Part shown: positions 16,979 through 26,998 of the stretch, one piece after another
Position numbering within the stretch: the stretch's first letter is position 1
Layout of the letters: each line of letters opens with the position of its first letter
NCBI GenBank assembly: GCA_902780305.1
Contig: CACZFB010000038.1
Span: 213-64,212 of the forward strand
Length of the DNA stretch: 64,000 nt
Origin: an uncultured Coriobacteriaceae bacterium
GTDB lineage: Bacteria; Actinomycetota; Coriobacteriia; Coriobacteriales; Atopobiaceae
Direction: 5' to 3'
Translations under genes and position numbers: made by a program
Notes under the pieces: generated by a model
Told to the model about the DNA's origin: nothing
The model's input: the letters and a program-made list of their open reading frames with translations, nothing else
The model's database searches: none

Positions 16979-17709
16979 CGTTGTACTGCGTGGGACTGGG
17001 ACCCGGCGGTGGGCGAGACCTCACCGAGCGGGCGCGGGACGTGTTGGCCTCGGTGGACCTCATCGTGGGCTACACCACCTACGTGAGCCTGGTGCGCGAC
17101 CAGTTTGCCCAGGCCGAGTTCGCCTGCACGGGCATGCGCGGAGAGCGCGAGCGCTGTGCGTATGCACTCGAGCAGGCGGTCGCAGGGCGAAGCGTTGCCG
17201 TGGTATGCTCGGGCGACCCGGGGGTGTATGGGATGGCGGGCTTGCTCTTGGAGCTCGCGCCTGCATACGGTGACGTGCAGATTGAGGTCGTGCCCGGCGT
17301 GAGCGCGGCACTTGGCGGCGCGGCCCTGCTCGGGGCGCCGCTCATGCACGACTGGTGCACCATCTCACTCTCGGACCTGCTCACCCCTTGGGAGACGATT
17401 CGGGACCGCTTGGAAGCGGCGGCACTCGCGGGGTTCGTCATCTGCCTGTACAACCCCGCGTCGCGGGGACGCAAGGACTACCTTGCGCGTGCGTGCGACG
17501 TACTGCTGCGCCACCTGAACCCAAACACGGTATGCGGCCTGGTGCGCAACGTGGGCAGGGAGGGCGAGACGTGCCGCGTGCTCACACTGCGGGAACTGCG
17601 TGACGCGCCTGCGGACATGCGCTCCTGCGCCTTCGTGGGCAACGTGACCACGCGCGTGGTGGACGGCCGCATGGTCACGCCGCGTGGCTATCCGGGTGAG
17701 GGGGCATAG
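16975..17709 (+). CDS. cbiH: Cobalt-factor III / precorrin-3B C17-methyltransferase
   Basis: Trimmed to ATG 16975 (MTLYCVGLGPGG..IVGYTTY..SGDPGVYGMA). ATGA overlap with cbiG. Confidence 0.9.
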   Translation: MTLYCVGLGPGGGRDLTERARDVLASVDLIVGYTTYVSLVRDQFAQAEFACTGMRGERERCAYALEQAVAGRSVAVVCSGDPGVYGMAGLLLELAPAYGDVQIEVVPGVSAALGGAALLGAPLMHDWCTISLSDLLTPWETIRDRLEAAALAGFVICLYNPASRGRKDYLARACDVLLRHLNPNTVCGLVRNVGREGETCRVLTLRELRDAPADMRSCAFVGNVTTRVVDGRMVTPRGYPGEGA

Positions 17710-18495
17710 ATGGAGGTGCTGGTGTTTGCCGGCACGACCGAGGGCCGGCTCTTGGTTGAGTGGCTGGACGCGCGTGGCACGTGCGATGTGGTGGCCTGCG
17801 TAGCCACGGACTACGGGGTGAGCCTGCTTGCGGGGGGCGGTCACGTGACGCTGCTCAAGGGTCCCCTGGACGACGAGGCCAAGCGACAGCTCATGGCCGA
17901 GCACGACTTCGCGTGCGTCGTGGACGCAACGCACCCCTATGCCACGCACATCTCGCGCAGCGTCGCACGCCTGGGGTCGGCACATGGCGTGCCCGTGCTG
18001 CGCGTTCTTCGAGAGGACTGTGACGAGGGTGCCTGGACCAGCGTGCGCGATGCGGCCCAGGCGGCGCGCCACCTCGCGCAGACCTCGGGCAACGTCCTGC
18101 TCACCACGGGCAGCAAGGACCTGCCCACCTACGTTGCGGGTGTCCCCCGTGCCGCCGAGCGGCTGTACGTGCGGGTGCTGCCAACAGTCGACGCGTTGGC
18201 ACGCACGCAGGAGCTGGGCGTGCCCGCGTCGCACGTCATCGCCATGCAGGGTCCCTTCTCCACGGAACTCAACTGCGCCCTGGTGCGCGACTTGGGCATC
18301 GAGCACCTGGTTACCAAGCGCTCGGGTGTGGTGGGCGGCTTCGCGCAAAAGGTGGAGGCGGCACGGCGCTGTGGAATATCGCTCGTGGTGGTCGAGCGCC
18401 CAGAGGAGCGGCGCCCCAAGGAGTCCGACGGGTCGTACGCCGTCACGACGTTCGATGGGGCAAGACGGATGCTGGAGGATCGCTATGGGGCATGA
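17710..18495 (+). CDS. cbiJ: Cobalt-precorrin-6A reductase
   Basis: MEVLVFAGTTEGR..VVDATHPYATHIS. Confidence 0.85.
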   Translation: MEVLVFAGTTEGRLLVEWLDARGTCDVVACVATDYGVSLLAGGGHVTLLKGPLDDEAKRQLMAEHDFACVVDATHPYATHISRSVARLGSAHGVPVLRVLREDCDEGAWTSVRDAAQAARHLAQTSGNVLLTTGSKDLPTYVAGVPRAAERLYVRVLPTVDALARTQELGVPASHVIAMQGPFSTELNCALVRDLGIEHLVTKRSGVVGGFAQKVEAARRCGISLVVVERPEERRPKESDGSYAVTTFDGARRMLEDRYGA

Positions 18496-19729
18496 CGCAC
18501 AGGTGGTGTACGTGATTGGCATGGGCATGGGCACGCCGCAGACGCTTACCCTGGCCGCCCGCGAGGCACTGCGTAAGAGCGGGCTGGTGGTGGGGTCGTC
18601 GCGCCTGCTGCAGTCGCTCGACGACCTGGAGGCGCGCAAGGTCGCGCTGGTGGCGCCGGCGCAGGTCGCCCAGGAGATACGCTCCTCGGGCGTACGGGTG
18701 GCCAGCGTGGTGATGAGCGGTGACGTGGGCCTGCACAGCGGGGCCACCCGGCTGTATGAACACCTGAACGACATGGAGGTGCGTGTGCTGCCGGGCGTGT
18801 CGTCGCTGCAATACCTGTGCGCCCGGCTGCGCGTGCCGTGGCAGGACGCATGCGTGGTCTCGGTGCATGGCGCGGACGGCGACGTGGTGGGGGCCGTCCA
18901 GACGCACGAGAGGACCTTCGTGCTCACGGGAGGCGCCAGGCGTGCGGGCGACGTGTGTGCGTGTCTCACCGAGCGCGGGTTGGGCGAGGTGCATGTTGCG
19001 GTGGGCGAGCGGCTGTCGTACGAGGACGAGCGCCTGGTTTGCGGTACGGCGGCGGCGCTTGCCGGCCAGGAGTTTTGCGACCTCGCCGCCATGCTCGTGG
19101 AAAACGAGAAGCCCATCGCTGCGGGTACCCTGGCACCCTGCCTTCCCGACGAGGCGTTCGCGCGTGGCGATGTCCCCATCACCAAGGAGGAGGTGCGCGC
19201 GTTGGCCGTGTGCAAGTTGCGCGTGGAACCATCGCACGTGGTTTGGGACGTTGGCTCGGGAACCGGCTCGGTGTCGGTGGAGCTCGCCAGGGCCGCGCGT
19301 GCGGGGCAGGTCCTCTGCGTCGATAGGGACGAGTGCGCCTGCGCCCTCACGCGCAAGAATGCCAACGCGTTTGGCCTTACCAACGTGCGCGTGGTCCAGG
19401 GTGACGCGCCCGCCGCTCTGGCGAATCTGCCCGTGCCCGACCGCGTGTTCGTGGGCGGGTCGTCCGGCGCCCTCGAAGCGATCCTGCGCGTCGCGGTCGA
19501 GGCGAACCCGCGCGTGCGCCTGTGCGTCTCGGCCATCGTGCTCCAAACGCTCGTGCAGGCGCTCGATGCCGCACAGTCGCTGGGCATGACACATGTGGAC
19601 GTTACGCAGGTCGCCGTGTCCAAGGGACGTGAGGTTGGCGGCCGGCACATGATGCTGGCGCGCAATCCCGTGTACCTCGTCTGTGCCGACGGACCCGATG
19701 TGGCGGAGGAGGCCTGGCCATGCTCGTGA
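18485..19729 (+). CDS. cbiET: Fused cobalt-precorrin-7 (C5)-methyltransferase / cobalt-precorrin-6B (C15)-methyltransferase (decarboxylating)
   Basis: Trimmed to ATG 18485 (MGHDAQVVYVIGMGMGTPQTLT..). C-terminal SAM motif VWDVGSGTGSVSVE. Confidence 0.85.
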   Translation: MGHDAQVVYVIGMGMGTPQTLTLAAREALRKSGLVVGSSRLLQSLDDLEARKVALVAPAQVAQEIRSSGVRVASVVMSGDVGLHSGATRLYEHLNDMEVRVLPGVSSLQYLCARLRVPWQDACVVSVHGADGDVVGAVQTHERTFVLTGGARRAGDVCACLTERGLGEVHVAVGERLSYEDERLVCGTAAALAGQEFCDLAAMLVENEKPIAAGTLAPCLPDEAFARGDVPITKEEVRALAVCKLRVEPSHVVWDVGSGTGSVSVELARAARAGQVLCVDRDECACALTRKNANAFGLTNVRVVQGDAPAALANLPVPDRVFVGGSSGALEAILRVAVEANPRVRLCVSAIVLQTLVQALDAAQSLGMTHVDVTQVAVSKGREVGGRHMMLARNPVYLVCADGPDVAEEAWPCS

Positions 19730-21099
19730 GTGCGCCCAGGGTGCTCGTTGCGGGGACGTCGAGCGGATGCGGCAAGACCACGGTGACGTGCGGCTTGCTC
19801 GCGGCACTTGTGCGCCGTGGGTTGCGGGTCCGTGCCCACAAGTGTGGCCCGGACTACCTGGATCCCATGTTCCACGAGCGCGTGCTGGGCACGCCGTCGA
19901 GCAATCTCGACCTGTTCCTAGGCGACGAGGAGTTGGTGCGGCGGCTCGTGGCACGTGGTGCGAGCGAGGCCGACGTCACGGTCGTGGAGGGGGCGATGGG
20001 CTACTACGACGGCATCGCGGGAGGCCTGCGTGCCTCGGCCTACGACGTGGCGCGCGCGACCGGCACGCCCGTGGTGCTCGTGGTGGACGCGCGCGGCAGG
20101 TCCCTCTCGGCGGCGGCCGAGGTGCTGGGGTTCGCACGCCTGCGCACACCGTCGATGGTTGCGGGCGTGGTGCTCAACCGCGTGTCGGCCGCGCACGCCT
20201 CGCTGCTCCGTTCCGCCATCGAGGAGCACACGGGCGTCCGTGTGCTGGGCCATGTTCCCGCGCTTGAGGAGGCACGCCTGGAGCACCGGCACCTGGGGCT
20301 GGTGAGCGCGCCGGAGGTGCGTGACCTACGCCAGAGGGTGGACGCGCTGGCGCGGGTGATGGCCCAGACTGTGGACCTCGACGCGCTATTGGAGGTGGCC
20401 TTATCGGCTGCGGACCTCAGGCTGGAGCCTGACGCGCCAACGGTTTCCCGCTTGGGCCACCCCACCATTGCGGTGGCGCGCGACGAGGCGTTCTGCTTCT
20501 ATTATCCTCAGACGCTGGAGCTTCTGGAGCGACTGGGGGCGCGGGTCGTGTTCTTCTCGCCCCTGCGCGACGCACACCTGCCCGAGGGCACGAGCGGGCT
20601 GTATTTGGGTGGTGGCTACCCAGAGCTGCATGCCCGCGAGCTCTGCCGCAACGCGGGCATGATCCGGGCGATACGAGCGGTGCTGGCCGAGGGCATGCCC
20701 ACCATCGCCGAGTGCGGGGGCTTCTTGTACCTGCACGAGCGGCTTGAGGACGACAACGGCACGTCGTGGCCCATGGTGGGCGCCGTGCGTGGCCGCGCGT
20801 ACCGACGCGAGGGGCATGGCAGGTTTGGCTACATAACCCTTGAGGCTCGCCGGGACTGCCTGCTTGCCCGGGCGGGAGATCGGCTGCGGGCACACGAGTT
20901 TCACTATTGGGAGAGCGACTGTCCCGGCGATGCGTTTTGGGCACAAAAGCCGCAGAGCGAGCGGGGATGGGACTGCGTGAATGCCACGGACGCGCTGTAT
21001 GCGGGCTTTCCGCACCTCTATTTGGCGGGGTCGCCCGCTGCCGCTGCCCGGTTCGTGGACGCGTGCGCGCGCCATGCCTGCCGTGGGGAGGTGGGCTGA
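19720..21099 (+). CDS. cbiA: Cobyrinate a,c-diamide synthase
   Basis: GTSSGCGKTTVTCGL..CGPDYLDP, plus a C-terminal GATase domain (ECGGFLYL). Confidence 0.9.
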   Translation: MLVSAPRVLVAGTSSGCGKTTVTCGLLAALVRRGLRVRAHKCGPDYLDPMFHERVLGTPSSNLDLFLGDEELVRRLVARGASEADVTVVEGAMGYYDGIAGGLRASAYDVARATGTPVVLVVDARGRSLSAAAEVLGFARLRTPSMVAGVVLNRVSAAHASLLRSAIEEHTGVRVLGHVPALEEARLEHRHLGLVSAPEVRDLRQRVDALARVMAQTVDLDALLEVALSAADLRLEPDAPTVSRLGHPTIAVARDEAFCFYYPQTLELLERLGARVVFFSPLRDAHLPEGTSGLYLGGGYPELHARELCRNAGMIRAIRAVLAEGMPTIAECGGFLYLHERLEDDNGTSWPMVGAVRGRAYRREGHGRFGYITLEARRDCLLARAGDRLRAHEFHYWESDCPGDAFWAQKPQSERGWDCVNATDALYAGFPHLYLAGSPAAAARFVDACARHACRGEVG

Positions 21100-21102
21100 G
21101 CC

Positions 21103-22077
21103 ATGACGCACGTCGCGACGCTGCTGTGCGCCTTTGCGCTGGACGCCCTGCTGGGAGACCCGTACGCCATGCCCCACGTGGTGCGACTCATCGGCGGGCT
21201 CGTGGCGGGTGTGGAGCGATGGCTGCGTAGCCTCATGGGGCGTGGACGTCGCAGCAAGCTTGCCGCAGGCGTGGCGCTGGTACTGGTGGTTGCGGGCGTG
21301 TCGTGCGCCGTGGCGGCCGGCGTGCTGTGGCTTGCATGGCGCGTCGCGCCCTGGCTCGGCTTCGTCGTCCAAACGCTGCTGTGCTACCAGTTGCTTGCCG
21401 CACGGCAGCTGCGGGTGGAGGCCCTGCGCGTGTACCATGAATTGGCGGCGGACGATTTGACCAGGGCTCGCAAGGCTGTCTCGATGATCGTGGGGCGCGA
21501 CACGGAGCGCCTGGACGTCGCAGGCGTTACGCGCGCCGCGGTGGAGACGGTTGCCGAGAACACCTCCGACGGCGTGGTTGCCCCGCTCCTGTGGATGGCC
21601 GTGGGCGGCCCCGTGGGCGGGGTCCTGTACAAGTCGGTGAACACGATGGACTCCATGGTGGGGTACCGCAACGAGCGATACGAGTTCTTTGGGCGGTGTG
21701 CCGCGCGCGTGGACGACGTGTGCAACTGGGTGCCGGCTCGGGTGACCGGCGTGCTCATGTGTCTGGCCGCGCCGCTCGCAGGGTTAGACGGCAGGGGAGC
21801 GTGGCGTATCCTGGCACGCGACCGGCGCAACCACGCGTCGCCCAACGCGGCGTATCCGGAGGCGGCGTGCGCGGGCGCGCTGGGGGTGCGGCTGGCGGGT
21901 CCCACCAGCTACTTTGGCGTGCTGCACGACAAACCCACCATTGGCGATGCGACCCGTCCCATCCGTCCAAACGACATCGTTGCCGCAAACCGGCTGTGCG
22001 CGGCGACGTCGCTGCTTGCGCTGGCGCTCGCATGCGGCGTCGCTGCCGTCGTCGCCCGTGCGATGGGAGGGTGGTAG
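21103..22077 (+). CDS. cbiB: Adenosylcobinamide-phosphate synthase
   Basis: Membrane protein of the CobD/CbiB family (..VGRDT..L...V.RA.VETVAENTSDGV..NTMDSMVGY). Confidence 0.9.
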   Translation: MTHVATLLCAFALDALLGDPYAMPHVVRLIGGLVAGVERWLRSLMGRGRRSKLAAGVALVLVVAGVSCAVAAGVLWLAWRVAPWLGFVVQTLLCYQLLAARQLRVEALRVYHELAADDLTRARKAVSMIVGRDTERLDVAGVTRAAVETVAENTSDGVVAPLLWMAVGGPVGGVLYKSVNTMDSMVGYRNERYEFFGRCAARVDDVCNWVPARVTGVLMCLAAPLAGLDGRGAWRILARDRRNHASPNAAYPEAACAGALGVRLAGPTSYFGVLHDKPTIGDATRPIRPNDIVAANRLCAATSLLALALACGVAAVVARAMGGW

Positions 22078-22079
22078 GC

Positions 22080-23117
22080 ATGAGACGCTACGAGCATGGG
22101 GGACGCTGGTTCGAGCATCCGGAGGCGAGGGACTTCTCGGCCAACCTCAATCCGCTGGGGATGCCGCCGTGCGCGGCAGAGGCGCTTCGGGCGGGCGTCG
22201 AGGCATTCGCGCGCTACCCCGACCCGGCAAGCGAAGAGCTCAGGCAGGCGTTGGCACGCTTCGAGGGCGTGGATGAGCGCCAGGTGCTTGCGTGTGCCGG
22301 CGCAACCGACGCCCTGTGGCGCCTGTGTCAAGTCTTGCGTCCTCGTACCGCGCTGGTGTGCGACCCCTGCTACTCCGGATACGAGCAGGCGCTCGAGCGC
22401 GTGGGAGCGCGGGTTCGCCACCTGCGCCTGAGCGCGCGGGCGGGCTTTGCCGTGGGCGACGAGCTCCTGGATGCCATGGACGGCATCGACGTGTTGTTTT
22501 TGGCAAATCCCAACAACCCGACCGGTCGGTGTCTGGGGCGCACGACGCTGCGTGCCTGCCTGCGACGTGCCGAGCGCATGGGTGCGACCGTGGTGCTGGA
22601 CGAGTGCTTTGTGGACCTGAGCGACGGGCGCGGCTCGCAGGATCTGCTGGACGAGTGCCCGAACCTGGTTATCGTGAAGGCGCTCACCAAGTCGTTCTCG
22701 CTCGCGGGTCTGCGTGTGGGGTATGTGCTTGGCGCCGACGCCGCACTTTTGACGGAACTGGAGGCGGCGGGCCAGCCCTGGGCGGTGAGCGTGCCCGCGC
22801 AGATGGCGGGAGTGGCATGTTTGGGTCCGGACGCGGGACATGCGTTCTTGGAGCGTTCCCGGGCGCTGGTGGCATCGGAGCGGGAGCGCCTGCGCCAGGC
22901 CCTCGCGGGGCTGGGCTTGCGCGTGGTGCCCAGCGAGGCGAGCTTTCTCCTGTTCGAGGCGTCCCGCGACCTGAGCGCGCCCTTGCTCGAGGCGGGCGTG
23001 CTCGTGCGATCGTGCCAGAACTTCTCTGGGCTCGGTGAGCGCTGGCATCGTGTGGCGGTGCGGATGCCGGACGACAACGATCGCCTGCTGGCGGCTTTCG
23101 GGGAGGTGTTGGCATGA
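22080..23117 (+). CDS. cobD: Threonine-phosphate decarboxylase (class I/II aminotransferase fold)
   Basis: Trimmed to ATG 22080 (MRRYEHGG..). PLP-lysine context VKALTKSFSLAGLRVGY. Confidence 0.85.
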   Translation: MRRYEHGGRWFEHPEARDFSANLNPLGMPPCAAEALRAGVEAFARYPDPASEELRQALARFEGVDERQVLACAGATDALWRLCQVLRPRTALVCDPCYSGYEQALERVGARVRHLRLSARAGFAVGDELLDAMDGIDVLFLANPNNPTGRCLGRTTLRACLRRAERMGATVVLDECFVDLSDGRGSQDLLDECPNLVIVKALTKSFSLAGLRVGYVLGADAALLTELEAAGQPWAVSVPAQMAGVACLGPDAGHAFLERSRALVASERERLRQALAGLGLRVVPSEASFLLFEASRDLSAPLLEAGVLVRSCQNFSGLGERWHRVAVRMPDDNDRLLAAFGEVLA

Positions 23118-24622
23118 GGGCGCGTGCGCTCATGGTTCAGGGAACGATGTCGGGGGTGGGAAAGAGCCTCCTGGTTGCGGGTCTGTGCCGTGTGTTTGCC
23201 CAGGATGGCCTTCGCGTGGCCCCGTTCAAGGCGCAAAACATGGCGCTCAACTCCGCGGTGACGGCAGACGGGTTGGAGTTGGGGAGGGCACAGGCCATGC
23301 AGGCCGAGGCCGCTGGCATCGAGCCCACTTCGGCCATGAACCCGGTGCTGCTCAAGCCGACGTCCAACACGGGCAGCCAGGTTGTGGTGCGGGGTCGTCC
23401 GCGGGCCACGATGTCGGCGCGGGAGTACTTCCGCTACCGGCCCACGCTCGCAGATGAGGTGCGTGCGGCGTACGAGGAGTTGGCATCCATGTACGACGTC
23501 ATTCTTATCGAGGGCGCGGGCAGTCCGGTGGAGATCAACCTGGGTCCTGACGACTTCGTGAACATGGGGATGGCCCGCATGGCCTCCTCTCCGGTGCTGC
23601 TGGTTGGCGACATCGACCGTGGTGGCGTGTTTGCCCAGCTCGTGGGCACCATGATGCTCTTGGGTGAGGACGAGCGGCGCATGGTGCGCGCCACGGTGGT
23701 AAACAAGTTTCGTGGCGACGCCTCCCTGTTCGCGACCGGCATGGACATGCTACGCGAACGGACGGGGGTGCCTGTGGCCGGTCTAGTTCCCCATATGGAC
23801 GTGCATCTGGACGAGGAGGACAGCACCGCCGAGCTGCTGGAGCGCAGGCGAGCCGAGGGAATGGTGGACGTGGCCGTCGTCAGGCTGCCCAGGATATCCA
23901 ACTTTACCGACTTTGCCGCACTGGACGCGCTGGATGGGGTGGGCGTGCGCTACGTTGCCGGTGCGCACGAGCTGGGGTGGCCAGACCTCGTGATCCTGCC
24001 CGGGACCAAAGCCACCATGGCGGACCTGCGCTGGCTGCGACAGAGCGGGTTGGAGCTGGCGCTGGTGCGGGCGGCGCGTGCCGGGGTTCCGCTGCTGGGC
24101 ATCTGCGGCGGGTATCAGATGCTGGGGCAAAGCATCTGCGACCCGAGCGGCGCGGAAGGTGGCGGCGAGCTTGCCGGCATGGGGCTCTTGCCCGTGCGCA
24201 CGACGTTTGCCCCGCACAAGCGCACGACGCGCTCTGCCGGCTCGTTTTTGGGGGTCGGGGGCGTGCTTGCCGAGGTCTCCCATGTGCCCGTTTCCGGATA
24301 CGAGATCCATATGGGCACGACGGAGCGTGAGGGTGGCCGAGCGCTGCTGCGGCTGGCGGGGGCGGGCGAGGAACCATGTGACGACGGCTGCCAGCAGGGA
24401 AGCGTATACGGATGCTATCTACATGGCCTGTTCGACGAACCCCAGGTTGCGGCCGCAACGGTGCGCTCGCTGCTGGCGGCACGGGGACAGGATCTGCGCG
24501 AGGTGCGCGTACGGGACTTGGTCACGTATAAGCAGCGCCAGTACGACCTGCTGGCCGAGGGGCTCAGACGCAGCATGGACCTGAATCTGGTACGCAAAAT
24601 CGTGGAGAGGGGCCTTTTGTGA
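23114..24622 (+). CDS. cbiP: Cobyric acid synthase
   Basis: VQGTMSGVGKSLLVAGLCR..IEGAGSPVEINL, plus GATase ICGGYQMLG. Confidence 0.9.
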   Translation: MRARALMVQGTMSGVGKSLLVAGLCRVFAQDGLRVAPFKAQNMALNSAVTADGLELGRAQAMQAEAAGIEPTSAMNPVLLKPTSNTGSQVVVRGRPRATMSAREYFRYRPTLADEVRAAYEELASMYDVILIEGAGSPVEINLGPDDFVNMGMARMASSPVLLVGDIDRGGVFAQLVGTMMLLGEDERRMVRATVVNKFRGDASLFATGMDMLRERTGVPVAGLVPHMDVHLDEEDSTAELLERRRAEGMVDVAVVRLPRISNFTDFAALDALDGVGVRYVAGAHELGWPDLVILPGTKATMADLRWLRQSGLELALVRAARAGVPLLGICGGYQMLGQSICDPSGAEGGGELAGMGLLPVRTTFAPHKRTTRSAGSFLGVGGVLAEVSHVPVSGYEIHMGTTEREGGRALLRLAGAGEEPCDDGCQQGSVYGCYLHGLFDEPQVAAATVRSLLAARGQDLREVRVRDLVTYKQRQYDLLAEGLRRSMDLNLVRKIVERGLL

Positions 24623-25266
24623 GGAAGCATGAGCTTGGGCTTCGCCGCCCACAAGACATCGAGGCGCGCAGCTTCCAAATAATAGCGGACGAGCTGGACG
24701 TGGATGTGGACCCTGGCGCGTGGCCAGTGGTGCGGCGGGTAATCCACGCCACGGCCGACTTCGACTTCGCGCGCACGCTGGTCTTCTCGGACGCGGCGGT
24801 CGAGCGTGGTGTGGCCGCGCTGGCTGCGGGGGCGACGGTGGTCTGCGACACCACCATGGTCGCGGCGGGCATCAACAAGCGTGTGCTGGGAGGCTTTGGA
24901 GGCTGCGTGCGCACCTTCATCGGCGACGAGGACGTGGCTGCCGAGGCCCGCGAGCGCGGCATTACGCGATCTGCCGTAAGCATGGAGCGCGCGTGCGGGC
25001 TTTCCGGTCCGCTGGTGTTTGCCATCGGCAACGCCCCAACCGCGCTGGTGCGCCTGTGCGAGCTGGTGGAGGAGGGTGCCATGCGCCCGCCCGAACTCGT
25101 GGTTGGCGTGCCGGTGGGCTTCGTGAACGTCGTGGAGTCCAAGGAGCTTGTGCTGCGCTCCAACCTGCCTGCCATCGTGGCGCGAGGTCGCAAGGGCGGA
25201 TCCACCGTGGCGGTTGCCATCTGCAACGCCCTGCTCTACCTCGCCTCCAGCGACCGTCGCGAGTAG
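24619..25266 (+). CDS. cbiC: Cobalt-precorrin-8 methylmutase
   Basis: ..RVIHATADFDF....AIGNAPTAL.. GTGA overlap with cbiP. Confidence 0.9.
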   Translation: MRKHELGLRRPQDIEARSFQIIADELDVDVDPGAWPVVRRVIHATADFDFARTLVFSDAAVERGVAALAAGATVVCDTTMVAAGINKRVLGGFGGCVRTFIGDEDVAAEARERGITRSAVSMERACGLSGPLVFAIGNAPTALVRLCELVEEGAMRPPELVVGVPVGFVNVVESKELVLRSNLPAIVARGRKGGSTVAVAICNALLYLASSDRRE

Positions 25267-25322
25267 ACCGGCACAAGGGGGCCTTTGCACCGCACCGATG
25301 CTAGACCGTAAGGGGGAACGCC

Positions 25323-26387
25323 ATGAGCGAAACATGCCTGGGTGGGTTGCGCATCCCGCCCGCTAACGAGGACGCGATTGCGCGAGCACAGGCCCGCTGG
25401 GACGACATAGCCAAGCCCATCGGCTCGCTGGGGGCCCTGGAGGATGCCGTGGTCCAGATTGCGGGACTCACCGGCGACGCGCACGTGGACGTGTCCCGGC
25501 GCTGTGCCGTGGTGCTGTGTGCCGATAACGGCGTGGTGGCCGAGGGCGTGTCGTCGTCCGGCGCGGACGTGACGCCCATCATCGCCCGTGGGGTGGTGCG
25601 CGGCACCTCGTCGGTGGGCCGGATGTGCGCCGCCGCACACATCGACTGCATGGCGGTGGACATGGGCATGTTCGAGCCCCTGGACGAGCCTGGCCTCATC
25701 GACCGGCGCATTGCCGCCGGCACGGGCAACATCGCCTGCGGGCCGGCCATGACGCGCGAGCAGGCGATGGCCGCGGTGCGTGTGGGCATCGACCTCGTGG
25801 GGACGCTCGCGCACAAGGGATACGGGCTCGTCGCCACGGGCGAGATGGGCATCGGCAACACCACCACGGCGACCGCCGTGGCCTGCGCGCTCCTGGGTCT
25901 CGACCCTCATGGCGCGTGTGGCAGGGGTGCGGGGCTTAACGATGCGGGGCTTGCGCGCAAGGTTGCGGTGGTGCGCCGGGCGCTTGCGACGAACATGCCG
26001 AACCCCGAAGACCCGCTGGACGTCCTGGCAAAGGTGGGCGGGTTCGACATCGCGGGCATGTGCGGCATGTTCCTCGGTGGCGCCGTCCATCGCGTTCCCA
26101 TCGTGGTCGACGGCCTCATCAGCTCGGTCGCGGCGCTCGTGGCCAGGCGCCTGTGCCCCGAGTGCTCCGTCGCCATGCTCGGCTCGCACGTCTCGGCCGA
26201 GCCCGCCGCCGCGGCGGTCATGCGTGAGCTTGGTTTGGAGCCGATTCTGCACGCCCGCATGCGCTTGGGAGAGGGAACGGGGGCCGTCTGCCTGGTCCCG
26301 CTGCTCGACATGGCGCTGGCGCTCTACCACGAGGGACTGTCGTTTGGCGACTTGAGCATCGAGTCCTACGCGGGGGCGTACCAATGA
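25323..26387 (+). CDS. cobT: Nicotinate-nucleotide--dimethylbenzimidazole phosphoribosyltransferase
   Basis: ..AKPIGSLGALED..GEMGIGNTTTATAV.. Confidence 0.9.
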   Translation: MSETCLGGLRIPPANEDAIARAQARWDDIAKPIGSLGALEDAVVQIAGLTGDAHVDVSRRCAVVLCADNGVVAEGVSSSGADVTPIIARGVVRGTSSVGRMCAAAHIDCMAVDMGMFEPLDEPGLIDRRIAAGTGNIACGPAMTREQAMAAVRVGIDLVGTLAHKGYGLVATGEMGIGNTTTATAVACALLGLDPHGACGRGAGLNDAGLARKVAVVRRALATNMPNPEDPLDVLAKVGGFDIAGMCGMFLGGAVHRVPIVVDGLISSVAALVARRLCPECSVAMLGSHVSAEPAAAAVMRELGLEPILHARMRLGEGTGAVCLVPLLDMALALYHEGLSFGDLSIESYAGAYQ

Positions 26388-26998
26388 GGCTCGTGCTTAT
26401 GCGGCATGGCGCCACCGAGGGCAACGCCTGGAGGCGCTACGTGGGCAGGGGCACCGACGAGCCACTGAGTGCCGAGGGACGTGCCCAGTGCCTGCGAGCT
26501 GGCAGCTTGCCCGGCGTGCGTAAGGTGTGCGTGAGTCCGCTGTTGCGAGCCCGGCAGACGGCCGAGCTCTGCTTTCCCGGTGCCTCCCAGCTCGTGGCAG
26601 ATGACTTGGCGGAATGCGACTTCGGCGCCTTCGAGGGGCGCAGTGCCCACGACATGCGGCACGACCTGGCGTATCGCGCCTGGGTCGAAGGTGACTGCCG
26701 GGGCCGTTGCCCGGGCGGGGAGTCGCCGGACGACCATGCGCGGCGCTCAAACGCCGCACTCACGTCGCTTGTGCACGACGCGATGGCCTACGGCCAGAAG
26801 ACACTCTACGTGGTCGCGCATGGTGGCACCATCATGGCTGCCCTCAGCACGCTCGGGCCGGGTGTCCCCGGCATGGACAACTACTTTTCCTGGCATGTGG
26901 GCAACTGCGAGGGGTACGTGGCGCGGGCGTGGTTGGAGGGCGACCGCGTACGGCTGGGAGATCCTTGGCGCTTTACGCGTCTGAGCGAAGTGGGATAG
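26384..26998 (+). CDS. cobC: Alpha-ribazole phosphatase (histidine phosphatase family)
   Basis: LMRHGATEGN (RHG motif)...VAHGGTI. ATGA overlap with cobT. Confidence 0.85.
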   Translation: MRLVLMRHGATEGNAWRRYVGRGTDEPLSAEGRAQCLRAGSLPGVRKVCVSPLLRARQTAELCFPGASQLVADDLAECDFGAFEGRSAHDMRHDLAYRAWVEGDCRGRCPGGESPDDHARRSNAALTSLVHDAMAYGQKTLYVVAHGGTIMAALSTLGPGVPGMDNYFSWHVGNCEGYVARAWLEGDRVRLGDPWRFTRLSEVG